Part shown: piece by piece, positions 55,992-64,000 of the stretch
Numbering within the stretch: position 1 is the first letter of the stretch
Layout of the letters: each line of letters begins with the position of its first letter
Assembly: GCA_965224245.1 (NCBI GenBank)
Contig: OZ245046.1
Coordinates: 5,115,583 to 5,179,582 of the forward strand
Length of the DNA: 64,000 nt
DNA from: Candidatus Eiseniibacteriota bacterium
Lineage (GTDB): Bacteria; Eisenbacteria; RBG-16-71-46; CAZAMP01
Direction: 5' to 3'
The notes under the pieces: generated by a model
Told to the model about the DNA's origin: nothing
Databases searched by the model: none
What the model saw: only the letters and a program-made list of their open reading frames with translations
Translations under genes and position numbers: made by a program

Positions 55992-57634
55992 ATGATGTAC
56001 TCGTCGCGTCCGGCGGGGCCGATCACGAATGGCAGTGGGCCGACGGCGCTGGAGTAGAAGCCGGCGCCGACGTCCCAGCACGTGGTCTGGATCCAGCGAC
56101 GGTCCACCGTCACGAGGTCGATGCGGGAGGCGACTGTCTCATCGGGAAGAAAGACATGAGCGTTGCTGCGAGGGACGACGAGACGATCGCCCCGGACGCC
56201 GATGGGCCGGCGGGAGTCCTCGTGAACGGCGCCGCCCCGTTCCATGTAGTACTGGAAGCCCCAGTGTCCGAAGAACAGTGTCCGCTCTCCGCGGGTGACC
56301 GCGAGCGAGCGAGCCGCTCGGCGAACGTCGTTCGCCCACACCATGTCGCCCCACGCCACGACGGCGGCCACCGCGAACGCCGGCACGAGACGCAGTCCGG
56401 AGCGGAAGCGCCGCCAGTCGATCCGTGCCAGCTCCGGGCGCCGGGCCAGGACGATGGCCATTGCCGGCACCAGAGGCAGAATCGAGCGCCCGTTGTTCGA
56501 CCAGTTGACGTACGTCGCGAAGAAGGCGGTTCCGCCGATCCACGCGGCCAGGAGAATGGCCGTCGGCGACCCCCGCTGTCGGAGGACGTCCTCGACCGTG
56601 GTCCAGACGACGGCCAACCCCGCGAGCAGGAACACACCCAGCTGTAGCGTGTGGTGCCAGCGCGCAATCCGTACGATCCCCGGTGCATCGTACAGGCGCT
56701 GGGCGAAGGCGGCGGCGACCAGCGCGCTCCCGAGGGTCAGGGCGATCCTCCAGCGCCACGGCCAACGACAGAAGGCGACCGGCAGCGCCACCAGTACGCA
56801 TCCGCCGAGGAACGCGAGTCCGACGACGGTCTGATCGACGACCGTGAGCGGAGTGCGTCGTCCCGCGGCGTAGAGCGCGGCCTCGAAGAAGAGCCCGCGT
56901 CCGTACATGGCGCGGGTCAGCATCTCGTAGCCGAGCCACATCCCGAGCGGGAGGGCGAGCGGCGGCAGCCACACCGCCAGGCGTCGGGTCCGGAGGAGCG
57001 CGTAGAGCACGAGGAGCGGCAGCAGCGCCACCGCGAAGTACTTCGTCAGCGCCGCCACCCCGCACAGTGCGGCCGCGAGCACGAGACGACGAAGCGTCCG
57101 CCCGTCCGCCGGGTCGCCACCCGCCAGGCTGTCGATTCCTCGCATCCACAGCCACAGCGACGGCAACCAGAGTGCGAGCATCGAGACGTCGCACATGATG
57201 GTCGTGCTGGACACCAGGAACGCCGGCGTAGCCGTCGCCACGAGCGCCGCAAGCAGCGGCGCGGCGCCCATGCGTGCGGCCAGGAGATACACGAAAACCA
57301 TCGAGACGAGCGCCGGCACCATGAAGCCGAGATGACACGCGATCTCGGACCACCCGAAGACCGCGGTGACCGCGGCGAGATAGTAGCCCGCCAGCGGGGG
57401 GTTCCTCGTGACGTCGAACATCGGCGCGGCGTATCCGTACCAGTTCACGTCGAAGCCAAAGAAGTCGCCGGGACTGGCATGGATCTGCCTTGCCAGTGCC
57501 AGGAACAGCGTATCGTCGATCGTGAATGCCTTGTTCACGAACGGCAGGTGAACCGCCAGTCCGATGACCACGACGAGGAGGAGCTGGCGTCTCGAGCGCG
57601 CGACGCCCGTCATGTCAGCTCCGTCCGCGCTCAC
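55976..57634 (-). CDS. GT39/GT83-type (ArnT/PMT-like) polyprenyl-phosphate-sugar-dependent glycosyltransferase
   Basis: The first loop has the acidic motif FTIDDTLFLALA after TM1. Roughly 11-12 TM helices are followed by a C-terminal soluble domain. An alternative start at 57613 lies one nt after the upstream stop. Confidence 0.75.
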   Translation of the reverse strand: MSADGADMTGVARSRRQLLLVVVIGLAVHLPFVNKAFTIDDTLFLALARQIHASPGDFFGFDVNWYGYAAPMFDVTRNPPLAGYYLAAVTAVFGWSEIACHLGFMVPALVSMVFVYLLAARMGAAPLLAALVATATPAFLVSSTTIMCDVSMLALWLPSLWLWMRGIDSLAGGDPADGRTLRRLVLAAALCGVAALTKYFAVALLPLLVLYALLRTRRLAVWLPPLALPLGMWLGYEMLTRAMYGRGLFFEAALYAAGRRTPLTVVDQTVVGLAFLGGCVLVALPVAFCRWPWRWRIALTLGSALVAAAFAQRLYDAPGIVRIARWHHTLQLGVFLLAGLAVVWTTVEDVLRQRGSPTAILLAAWIGGTAFFATYVNWSNNGRSILPLVPAMAIVLARRPELARIDWRRFRSGLRLVPAFAVAAVVAWGDMVWANDVRRAARSLAVTRGERTLFFGHWGFQYYMERGGAVHEDSRRPIGVRGDRLVVPRSNAHVFLPDETVASRIDLVTVDRRWIQTTCWDVGAGFYSSAVGPLPFVIGPAGRDEYIIYRLR

Positions 57635-58619
57635 GGAGGCCCGACACGTACAGCATGCCGAGCGCCGCCACCGCCAGTGTGTTCAAGCGGTAGGCCAGCG
57701 CGATGATGCCGCCCGGTCCATCGTCCGTCCCGCCGAAGAGCGCGAGACCATAGAGCTCCGTCAGTGCCAGCTCCGTCGTGCCCAGCCCGGCCGGCGTGAT
57801 CGGGAGCGCCGCGATCAGCGACGCGATCGGCATAATCACGAAGTGATTCGACAGCGAGGGCACCGCGGGGGCGATCGCGGTGGCGACGAGCCAGAGCGCG
57901 AGCGCAGAGAGTGCATGAACGCCCACGCTCATTGCGAAGGCCAGCGCGACGACCCCCGGCGCTCGTCCGAACGCATGAAGTGACGCGATGAGCTGCCCCA
58001 CGACTCGTCTGAGGCGGGAGGACGTCTGATCGTCCCTGCGGTCGACGGGTCGGCTGCCGTGCCACTCCCGCCGGGAGAGCATGGTGAGCACCGCTCCGAC
58101 GAGAAGCGTCGCGAGGACGCTCGCACCCGCCACTGCCGGCATCTCCGATCGGATGTGCGGGCTCGCGACGAGTGCCGCACCGACGAAGATCGCGAGACCA
58201 TACATGCCCACGATGCGATCCATGATCACCGACGCCAGCGCCGCGCCGTGGGACCCGGAGCGCCTTCGGCCCAATGAGGCGGCCTTGAACACGTCGCCGC
58301 CGGCGCTCCCGAACGACGCGAAGCTGAACAGGTAGCCGAGAAAGCCCAGACGGAACGCCTCGCGCAGTGTCAGCCGCAGCCCGAGGGCACGGACCAGGCA
58401 GCGCCATCGGATGAAGGTGACCGACACCGCTGCCAGCAGGGTCACGAGCGCCATCGCGAACGTGACCCCGCTCTTCGGCTGATCTCTGAACCGTCGCCAG
58501 TCATCCGGGGGGATGGTCATGACCACCCAGGCGAGAATGCCGAACGGAAGGAGTAGCTTCAGCGCGGAGATCGCGGCCGCACGCGTGGACGCTCCGGGCG
58601 CACGCGGTCGCTCATCCAC
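57615..58619 (-). CDS. Flippase-like (UPF0104 / lysyl-PG synthase TM-region family) membrane protein
   Basis: [45 protein letters not shown] is characteristic of this family. GTG start overlaps the upstream GT2 stop. Confidence 0.75.
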   Translation of the reverse strand: MDERPRAPGASTRAAAISALKLLLPFGILAWVVMTIPPDDWRRFRDQPKSGVTFAMALVTLLAAVSVTFIRWRCLVRALGLRLTLREAFRLGFLGYLFSFASFGSAGGDVFKAASLGRRRSGSHGAALASVIMDRIVGMYGLAIFVGAALVASPHIRSEMPAVAGASVLATLLVGAVLTMLSRREWHGSRPVDRRDDQTSSRLRRVVGQLIASLHAFGRAPGVVALAFAMSVGVHALSALALWLVATAIAPAVPSLSNHFVIMPIASLIAALPITPAGLGTTELALTELYGLALFGGTDDGPGGIIALAYRLNTLAVAALGMLYVSGLRERGRS

Positions 58620-59418
58620 CGCGAATGCCCTCGTCGGACGCCGCGGATGACGGCACCGTCACGTCGGCATCCGGCACCACGGGCCGGAATAGTGGGCTCT
58701 GGTAGAGGCCAGTGCGCCAGAGGCGATACTCGAGGGAGGTTCGCAACACGCCGATCCCATATCGACATGCGCGGCGCAGTCCGATCGAGCTCGCCTCGGG
58801 AAAGTACTTGGTCGGACACGAGATCTCCCCCACGCGGAAGCCGAAGGCGAGGCACTGCGTCAACATCTGATTGTCGAACACGAAGTCGTCGGAGTTGCGC
58901 TCGAGCGGCAGCGTCTCCAGGACGCGGCGCGAGAACGCACGATACCCCGTGTGGAACTCGGAGAGCTTCGACGCCAGGAGGACGTTTTGCACGAGCGTGA
59001 GCGCCCGGTTCGAGACCAGCTTGTACAGCGGCATGCCGCCACTTCTGGCCGTCGCGCCGAGGATGCGAGAGCCGATCACGACGTCGTACACGTCGGAGGC
59101 GACCATCCCCGCCATCGGCGTCACGAGCCGTGGCTCATACTGATAGTCGGGGTGCAGCATCACGACGATGTCGGCACCCAGCCCGAGCGCCTCCCGGTAG
59201 CACGTCTTCTGATTCGCACCGTACCCTCTGTTCTCCGGGTGTACTATCGTATGAATGCCGAGATGGCGAGCGATGGCCGCGGTGTCGTCGTCGCTTCCAT
59301 CGTCTACCAGGAGACAGTGGTCGACGATGTCGTGAGGGATGGCGCGGTGCGTCTTCTCGAGCGTCCGTGCCGCCCGAAAGGCGGGCAAGACGACGACGAT
59401 TCGCTTGGACGCGAGCAT
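58612..59418 (-). CDS. GT2 family glycosyltransferase (polyprenyl-phosphate sugar synthase-like, DPM1/ArnC-type)
   Basis: [33 protein letters not shown] and [10 protein letters not shown] (DxD-type). The start is at the internal ATG at 59418. Confidence 0.85.
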   Translation of the reverse strand: MLASKRIVVVLPAFRAARTLEKTHRAIPHDIVDHCLLVDDGSDDDTAAIARHLGIHTIVHPENRGYGANQKTCYREALGLGADIVVMLHPDYQYEPRLVTPMAGMVASDVYDVVIGSRILGATARSGGMPLYKLVSNRALTLVQNVLLASKLSEFHTGYRAFSRRVLETLPLERNSDDFVFDNQMLTQCLAFGFRVGEISCPTKYFPEASSIGLRRACRYGIGVLRTSLEYRLWRTGLYQSPLFRPVVPDADVTVPSSAASDEGIRGG

Positions 59419-59600
59419 TGGTGATCCAGATCCTGGAGACGGGACGTCGCGCGACGGCGGAGGGCCGCGATCTCGAACCCGAGGATGATACCAGAGTACT
59501 TCAACCGGGGGACGGCTTCGGCGAACCGAGGCGCGTCTCGCCGTACGCACGCCCTGCGACGAGCCGACCGCGGAGCACTCGCAGTCGAGGATCGACACCC

Positions 59601-60614
59601 ATGAAGCCACGTTCGAAGAGATCTCACGCGGCGACGCTGGCGGCGTTGGTCGGGCTGGTGGCCGGCTGCGGGTCGCTCACGGGGCGCCACGACGTCGACG
59701 ACGAGCTGGCACGTGCCGGGCCCACGACGATCCGGATCCTGGCCACCGCCCGCACCGATGGCGAGACCGATCCCTGTCCGTGACGGTCGGCGCCCGGACA
59801 GGGCGGGCTGGCCCGGCGGGCCACGCTTCTCGACTCGTTGCGGGCAGAGGATCCGGATCTGCTCGTGGTCGACGCCGGCGACTTCTGCGAGCACGATGGG
59901 CCGCTCGCGGTGGAGAAGAGCGCCTTCATCCTCAGCATGATGCAGGAGATGGGCTACGACGCCGTGGCACTGGGTCCGAGGGAGCTGGCGATCGCCGGCG
60001 ACCTGTCGCACGCGATCGAGGATACCCGTGGCATCGTTCTCTCGAACGCGACCGACGCCATCGATCGATCACTCTCGCCTGAGCGCCACGTCGTCAAGCA
60101 AGTCGGAGGCACGAGAGTGGGCGTCTTTGCGCTCGTGCAGCCCGAGGCCGCCGGCGGCTCGGCCGCCGACGCCCTCCCCGAGCTCGTCGCCGCCGCCGAG
60201 CGCACGTTGCGAGATCTCCGCGCGGAGCGAGCCGGCTTCACGGTGCTGCTCTGTCAGCTCGATGCCGTGGTGACGGACACGCTTCTCAGACGGATCACAG
60301 GCGTGGACCTGGTCGTGATGGGAGACACGCCCGTTGCACGCATTCGGGACCGTATCGAGAGCACCGTGCCCCTGGTCGTGTACCCGGGAGGAAAGGGACG
60401 CTCAGTGACGATCGTCGACGTGAGCGTCGACGCGTCCGGTACCGTCGTCGACGGCCAGGCCCGGATGGTCCTCCTGAACGCGCACATTCCGCTGGATCCG
60501 CGAGTCCACGCGCGGGTCTCGGTCATGAACGCCCGCATCCGGGAGGAGCGGATGCGGATCTTCCGGGAGAGCCGGGGGCTGGGCGACGGTAGAGAGGTGT
60601 CGGACGATCCGTGA
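59601..60614 (+). CDS. Lipoprotein resembling a metallophosphoesterase/5'-nucleotidase N-terminal domain, interrupted by one in-frame TGA at 59781..59783
   Basis: Lipobox LVAGCGS. The track ORFs 59130..59783 and 59838..60614 are in the same frame, and the 54 nt between them keep G/C-ending codons ([20 protein letters not shown]). ...LLVVDAGDF... resembles the GD motif. Other metal-ligand motifs look degenerate. Confidence 0.55.
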
Positions 60615-60700
60615 GTCCGGCGACCCGCGAGGGCTCGTGGGTCGGTGGCGGGACCGCCTCGATCCGTCTGATGACGGATACCGGTCGGCAGAGGGCGTCC

Positions 60701-60728
60701 CTCCGGGTGCGGGGTCTCGCACCCGGAG
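60701..60728. terminator. Hairpin between the convergent genes at 59601(+) and pckA(-)
   Basis: ctccgggtgc / ggggtctc / gcacccggag: 10-bp perfect stem. Confidence 0.4.
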
Positions 60729-60753
60729 GTGACGTGACGCGAGGATCAGCTCG

Positions 60754-62391
60754 TCACTTGCCCGGGCACTGGCTGACCACGCTGGAGTCGATGCCCTTGT
60801 TGCCGTAGTTCTTGTCGAAGTACGCCGAGAACTCCGCCGCGAGCTTCTTCGCTCGCGCATCGTACGCGGACGGGTCCTTCCACGTGTTCCGCGGCGCCAG
60901 CATCGTCGAGTCGATACCCGGCACCTCGTTGGGAACGTTCACGTGGAAGAGCGGATCCTCGGTGTACGAGACCTTCTCCAGCGTGCCGTCGAGAGCCGCA
61001 TGGACGAGGCTCCGCGTCAGGTTGATGTCCATCCGTGAGCCCTCACCGTACGGGCCGCCGCTCCAGCCGGTGTTGACCAGGTACACGTTGGTCTTGTGCT
61101 CCTTCATCTTCCTGCCCAGGAGCGATGCGTAGTCGTCGGGGTTGCGCGGCATGAACGGCGCGCCGAAGAAACGCGAGAACGCGGTCTGCGGCTCGGTGAC
61201 GCCGCGTTCGGTGCCCGCCAGCTTCGAGGTGTAGCCCATCATGAACCACAGCATTGCCTGCGCGGCGTTCAGCTTGGCCACCGGCGGCAGCACGCCGTTC
61301 GCGTCGGCGGTCAGGAAGATGATGTTCGACGGATGCGTCGAGATCGGCGGCGTCTTGATGTGCTCGAGGAAGCTCAGCGGATACGACACGCGTGAGTTCT
61401 CGGTCAGGCGGCCGTCGTCGACGTCGAAGCTGCCGTCGGCCAGCATGAAGCAGTTCTCGATCAGCGCGCCGTGGGCGAGAGGGTCGGACTTGTGGAACGT
61501 GGCGTTCCAGATCTCCGGCTCCTTGTCTTGACGCAGGTTGATCAGCTTCGCGTAGCAGCCGTTCTCGAAGTTCGCGATGCCGTCGTCGCTCCAGCCGTGC
61601 TCGTCGTCGCCGAGGAGCAAGCGCCGCGGATCGGCCGAGAGCGTCGTCTTGCCGGTGCCCGAGAGGCCGAGGAAGAGTGCACAGTCGCCCGCTTGACCCT
61701 CGTTCGCCGAGCAGTGGAGCGGCAGAATGCCCTGGTCGGGAAGCAGGAAGTTCATGACCGTGAACATCAGCTTCTTGACGCTGCCGGCGTACGCGTTGCC
61801 GTACACGAGCCCCAGACGCCGATCGAAGTCCATCGCGATCGCCATGTTGGAGCGAAGCCGTCCCTGGTACGCGTCGAAGTTGATGCGGTCGTACGGGAGC
61901 ACCAGGAGCTTGAAGCCTCGGCTCGCGTAGACGCTGGTCTCGATCTTGTCCGGGATGGGACGGAACATGTTGTCGGTGAAGAGCATCGTGGCCGCCCGAT
62001 CGGAGACCGTGCGGATCGGGAGCGCGTACGCAGGATCGGCGCCGACGGTGCGGTCGGTGTAGTACACCGTCTTCTTCATGGCCAGGATCTTCAGCGCGTC
62101 GTTCCAGAGGTCGTCGAACGTCGACGGCTCCATCGGAATGCAGTTGGGAGAGTCCCAGTCGATCTTGCCTTCGCTCTCGGAGTGGCGAACGATGAACGTG
62201 TCCTTCGGGCTGCGGCCCGTGCAATCAGACGGCGTGAACGTCGCGATCGCACCTCCGGCCGACGCGAACCCTTCCTTGTTGTCCAGGACGTGGCGGATCA
62301 GGTTGCGCCGGGGGAGGTTCGCGTTGACCCCGATGTGGTGTTCGAGCACGCGATCGAGGCCCTTGCCGAGTGTGTCTACCGTGTGTGACAT
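60754..62391 (-). CDS. pckA: Phosphoenolpyruvate carboxykinase (ATP)
   Basis: TGRSPKDTFIV, the kinase-1a loop GLSGTGKTTLS, GDDEHGWS and NFENGCYAK. Length is about 545 aa from the ATG at 62391. Confidence 0.95.
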   Translation of the reverse strand: MSHTVDTLGKGLDRVLEHHIGVNANLPRRNLIRHVLDNKEGFASAGGAIATFTPSDCTGRSPKDTFIVRHSESEGKIDWDSPNCIPMEPSTFDDLWNDALKILAMKKTVYYTDRTVGADPAYALPIRTVSDRAATMLFTDNMFRPIPDKIETSVYASRGFKLLVLPYDRINFDAYQGRLRSNMAIAMDFDRRLGLVYGNAYAGSVKKLMFTVMNFLLPDQGILPLHCSANEGQAGDCALFLGLSGTGKTTLSADPRRLLLGDDEHGWSDDGIANFENGCYAKLINLRQDKEPEIWNATFHKSDPLAHGALIENCFMLADGSFDVDDGRLTENSRVSYPLSFLEHIKTPPISTHPSNIIFLTADANGVLPPVAKLNAAQAMLWFMMGYTSKLAGTERGVTEPQTAFSRFFGAPFMPRNPDDYASLLGRKMKEHKTNVYLVNTGWSGGPYGEGSRMDINLTRSLVHAALDGTLEKVSYTEDPLFHVNVPNEVPGIDSTMLAPRNTWKDPSAYDARAKKLAAEFSAYFDKNYGNKGIDSSVVSQCPGK

Positions 62392-62824
62392 CGAAGTATC
62401 CTCTCGCAGGCTCCAACGGCGCGCGAGACGTTCGTGCGCGGGGAGCTGACTTGAATGCGCTCGAGTCCCAGAAAGCCGAAGAGCATAGGCGAGCGCTCCG
62501 TCGCGCGACAACTTGCGGAAACCCGAAACGGAATATTCGCCTGTCGCTATGTCAGGGCGGAGTCCGCGAGCGCCATCGGACCCATCGCACCGATCTCGAC
62601 TCACGTTCACATCCGGCTCCGACGGCCATGCCGTCCGGGTCACGGTCGAGAGGTGCCCGACGTCCCGGCGCGCGCGGGCGCGCTCACGTGGGGGTCTCGC
62701 GGCCCTCGGCCGCGGGCGGCGATCGGCCGGACAGCGGGCGCGCCCGTGGGCGGCACGACCCGCGCGGGCTCGCGTGGTAGGATCTGTCGCCACCGATCCC
62801 GCACACGTGACCAGGAGCCCCGCC

Positions 62825-64000
62825 GTGACCCTCGAGCAATACGTGAACGACAACCGACGCCGGACGCTGGACGAGCTCGTTGAGCTGCTCCGGGTGCCGA
62901 GCGTCAGCACCGATCCCGCCCGTGCGGCGGACGTGGCGCGCTGCGCGCGTCTCGTCGAAGCGCGCCTCGCCGAGGTGGGGCTGTCCACGCGCATCTACGA
63001 CACCCCCGGTCATCCGATCGTCTACGGCGAGCGGCTGGGCCGCGAGGATCAGCCGACGCTCCTGATCTACGGGCACTACGACGTGCAGCCGCCCGATCCG
63101 CTCGCGCGGTGGCGATACGGGCCATTCGAGCCGACCCTCGAAGAGGGCCGGCTGATCGCGCGTGGAGCCAGTGACGACAAGGGCCAGTTCTACGCCCTCG
63201 TGAAAGGCATCGAGGCCGCCCGCGCGACCTACGGCGACGTCCCGATCAACGTGAAGGTGCTGATCGAGGGCGAGGAGGAGATCGGGAGCCCGAACCTCGC
63301 GCCGTTCGTGCACCAGAGCCGTGCGCTCCTGGCGTCCGACGTGTGCCTGATCTCCGACGGCGCGCAGTTCGGACCAGGCCAGCCCGCGATCACATATGGG
63401 CTCAAGGGGCTCTGCTATCTGGAGATGACCCTGACCGGACCCCAGAAGGATCTGCACTCGGGGGGGTTCGGGGGGACGGTGGCCAACCCGGCCAACGTGC
63501 TCGCACGCGTCATCGCCTCCTGTCAGGCGCCCGACGGCACGGTGACGATCCCGGGCTTCTACGACGACGTGGTCCCGATCGACGAGGATGAGCGGGCCCG
63601 CATCGCCGCCCTGCCGTTCGACGAGTCGGTTTACCTCGACGAGATCGGCTCGCCCGCCGCGACCGGCGAGCCCGGATACTCCACGCTGGAGCGCCGGTGG
63701 GCGCGTCCGACCTTCGACGTGAACGGGCTCTCGAGCGGCTTCACCGGTGACGGGGCCAAGACGGTGCTGCCGTCGACGGCGATGGCGAAGTTCTCGATGC
63801 GACTCGTGCCCGACCAGGATCCCGATCGCATCGTGCGGCTGGTCACCGCGCATCTCCGGCGGGTCACACCGGAGAGCGTGACCCTGGACGTGAAGCCCTT
63901 CCACACCGGGCGACCGATTCTCCAGCCGATCGACAGCGAGCCCGTGCGGGCGGCGACGCGGGCGCTCGAGGCGGCGTTCGGCTGCGCGCCGGTGCACGTG
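62825..64000 (+). CDS. M20 family dipeptidase (ArgE/DapE/ACY1/CPG2 family), 3' end cut by the window
   Basis: My own translation from the GTG at 62825, which follows AGGAG: VTLEQYVNDNRRRTLDELVELLRVPSVS...LLIYGHYDVQPPDP...ARGASDDKGQ...LIEGEEEIGS.. These are the M20 metal-ligand motifs. It is absent from the ORF track because no stop is reached. The listed 62684..63997(-) ORF is its antisense shadow. Confidence 0.85.
   Translation, partial: MTLEQYVNDNRRRTLDELVELLRVPSVSTDPARAADVARCARLVEARLAEVGLSTRIYDTPGHPIVYGERLGREDQPTLLIYGHYDVQPPDPLARWRYGPFEPTLEEGRLIARGASDDKGQFYALVKGIEAARATYGDVPINVKVLIEGEEEIGSPNLAPFVHQSRALLASDVCLISDGAQFGPGQPAITYGLKGLCYLEMTLTGPQKDLHSGGFGGTVANPANVLARVIASCQAPDGTVTIPGFYDDVVPIDEDERARIAALPFDESVYLDEIGSPAATGEPGYSTLERRWARPTFDVNGLSSGFTGDGAKTVLPSTAMAKFSMRLVPDQDPDRIVRLVTAHLRRVTPESVTLDVKPFHTGRPILQPIDSEPVRAATRALEAAFGCAPVHV

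Noticed and set aside
62684-63997. 437-aa minus-strand ORF at the right end
   Set aside because: The opposite strand translates into an M20 dipeptidase with metal-ligand motifs. That gene is missing from the track only because it runs off the window.
1-64000. Search for mobile elements, integrases, toxin-antitoxin pairs, restriction-modification or other recognisable phage-defence genes
   Set aside because: No translation in any frame showed transposase (DDE), tyrosine or serine recombinase, nuclease/helicase/ATPase defence-type or phage structural motifs. The atypical-composition patch has no recognisable mobility gene or flanking direct repeats.

Overview
Very GC-rich bacterial chromosomal segment in which third codon positions are almost all G or C. 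It is densely packed with about 55 protein-coding genes on both strands. I found no rRNA, tRNA, CRISPR array, transposase or integrase. Because of the GC bias, nearly every real gene carries a long antisense or off-frame shadow ORF in the supplied track. I chose frames by recognisable family motifs, G/C-ending codons, RBS-like purine tracts and start/stop coupling.

Gene content, left to right:
- ExbB-ExbD-ExbD plus a TonB-like/AgmX-PglI-type protein
- type III glutamine synthetase
- an orphan PEP-CTERM protein
- M28 peptidase, RNase HI with a C-terminal hybrid-binding domain, M3 oligopeptidase
- Hsp33, translationally coupled to a HEAT-repeat/cyclophilin fusion
- phenylalanine-4-hydroxylase, an AIM24-family protein and a membrane protein
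- three tandem hcp genes; two sit inside a near-identical duplication with a 924-bp period
- thrS and an NfsA-like nitroreductase
- a patch with A/T-ending codons carrying a TM protein, an MFS-like transporter and a small orphan gene
- LVIVD/Kelch surface protein, ABC exporter and S8 protease
- a Cpx-like module: OmpR-type regulator, histidine kinase, OmpA-like lipoprotein and a long LTXXQ protein
- yigZ and pyrF
- two paralogous ECF sigma factors
- HAF-like repeat protein and an uncharacterised HTH-like protein
- VOC protein, a frameshifted cation/H+ antiporter, a flavodoxin-like reductase and a hypoxanthine-DNA glycosylase-like protein
- CoA-binding protein and an APH-like kinase
- fused LeuC/LeuD-type aconitase-family enzyme
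- M6 metalloprotease
- a four-gene membrane glycosylation cluster
- a lipoprotein phosphoesterase-like gene interrupted by one in-frame TGA
- pckA and a 3'-truncated M20 dipeptidase, which is not in the ORF track because it runs off the window

Most notable observations:
- the orphan hcp triplet, with no other T6SS gene in 64 kb
- the in-frame TGA, which sits where I would expect the second Cys of a CxC motif (selenocysteine candidate versus nonsense mutation)
- five secreted enzymes and repeat proteins that share one roughly 80-aa FlgD/T9SS-type C-terminal domain
- the atypical-composition island
- the glycosylation cluster
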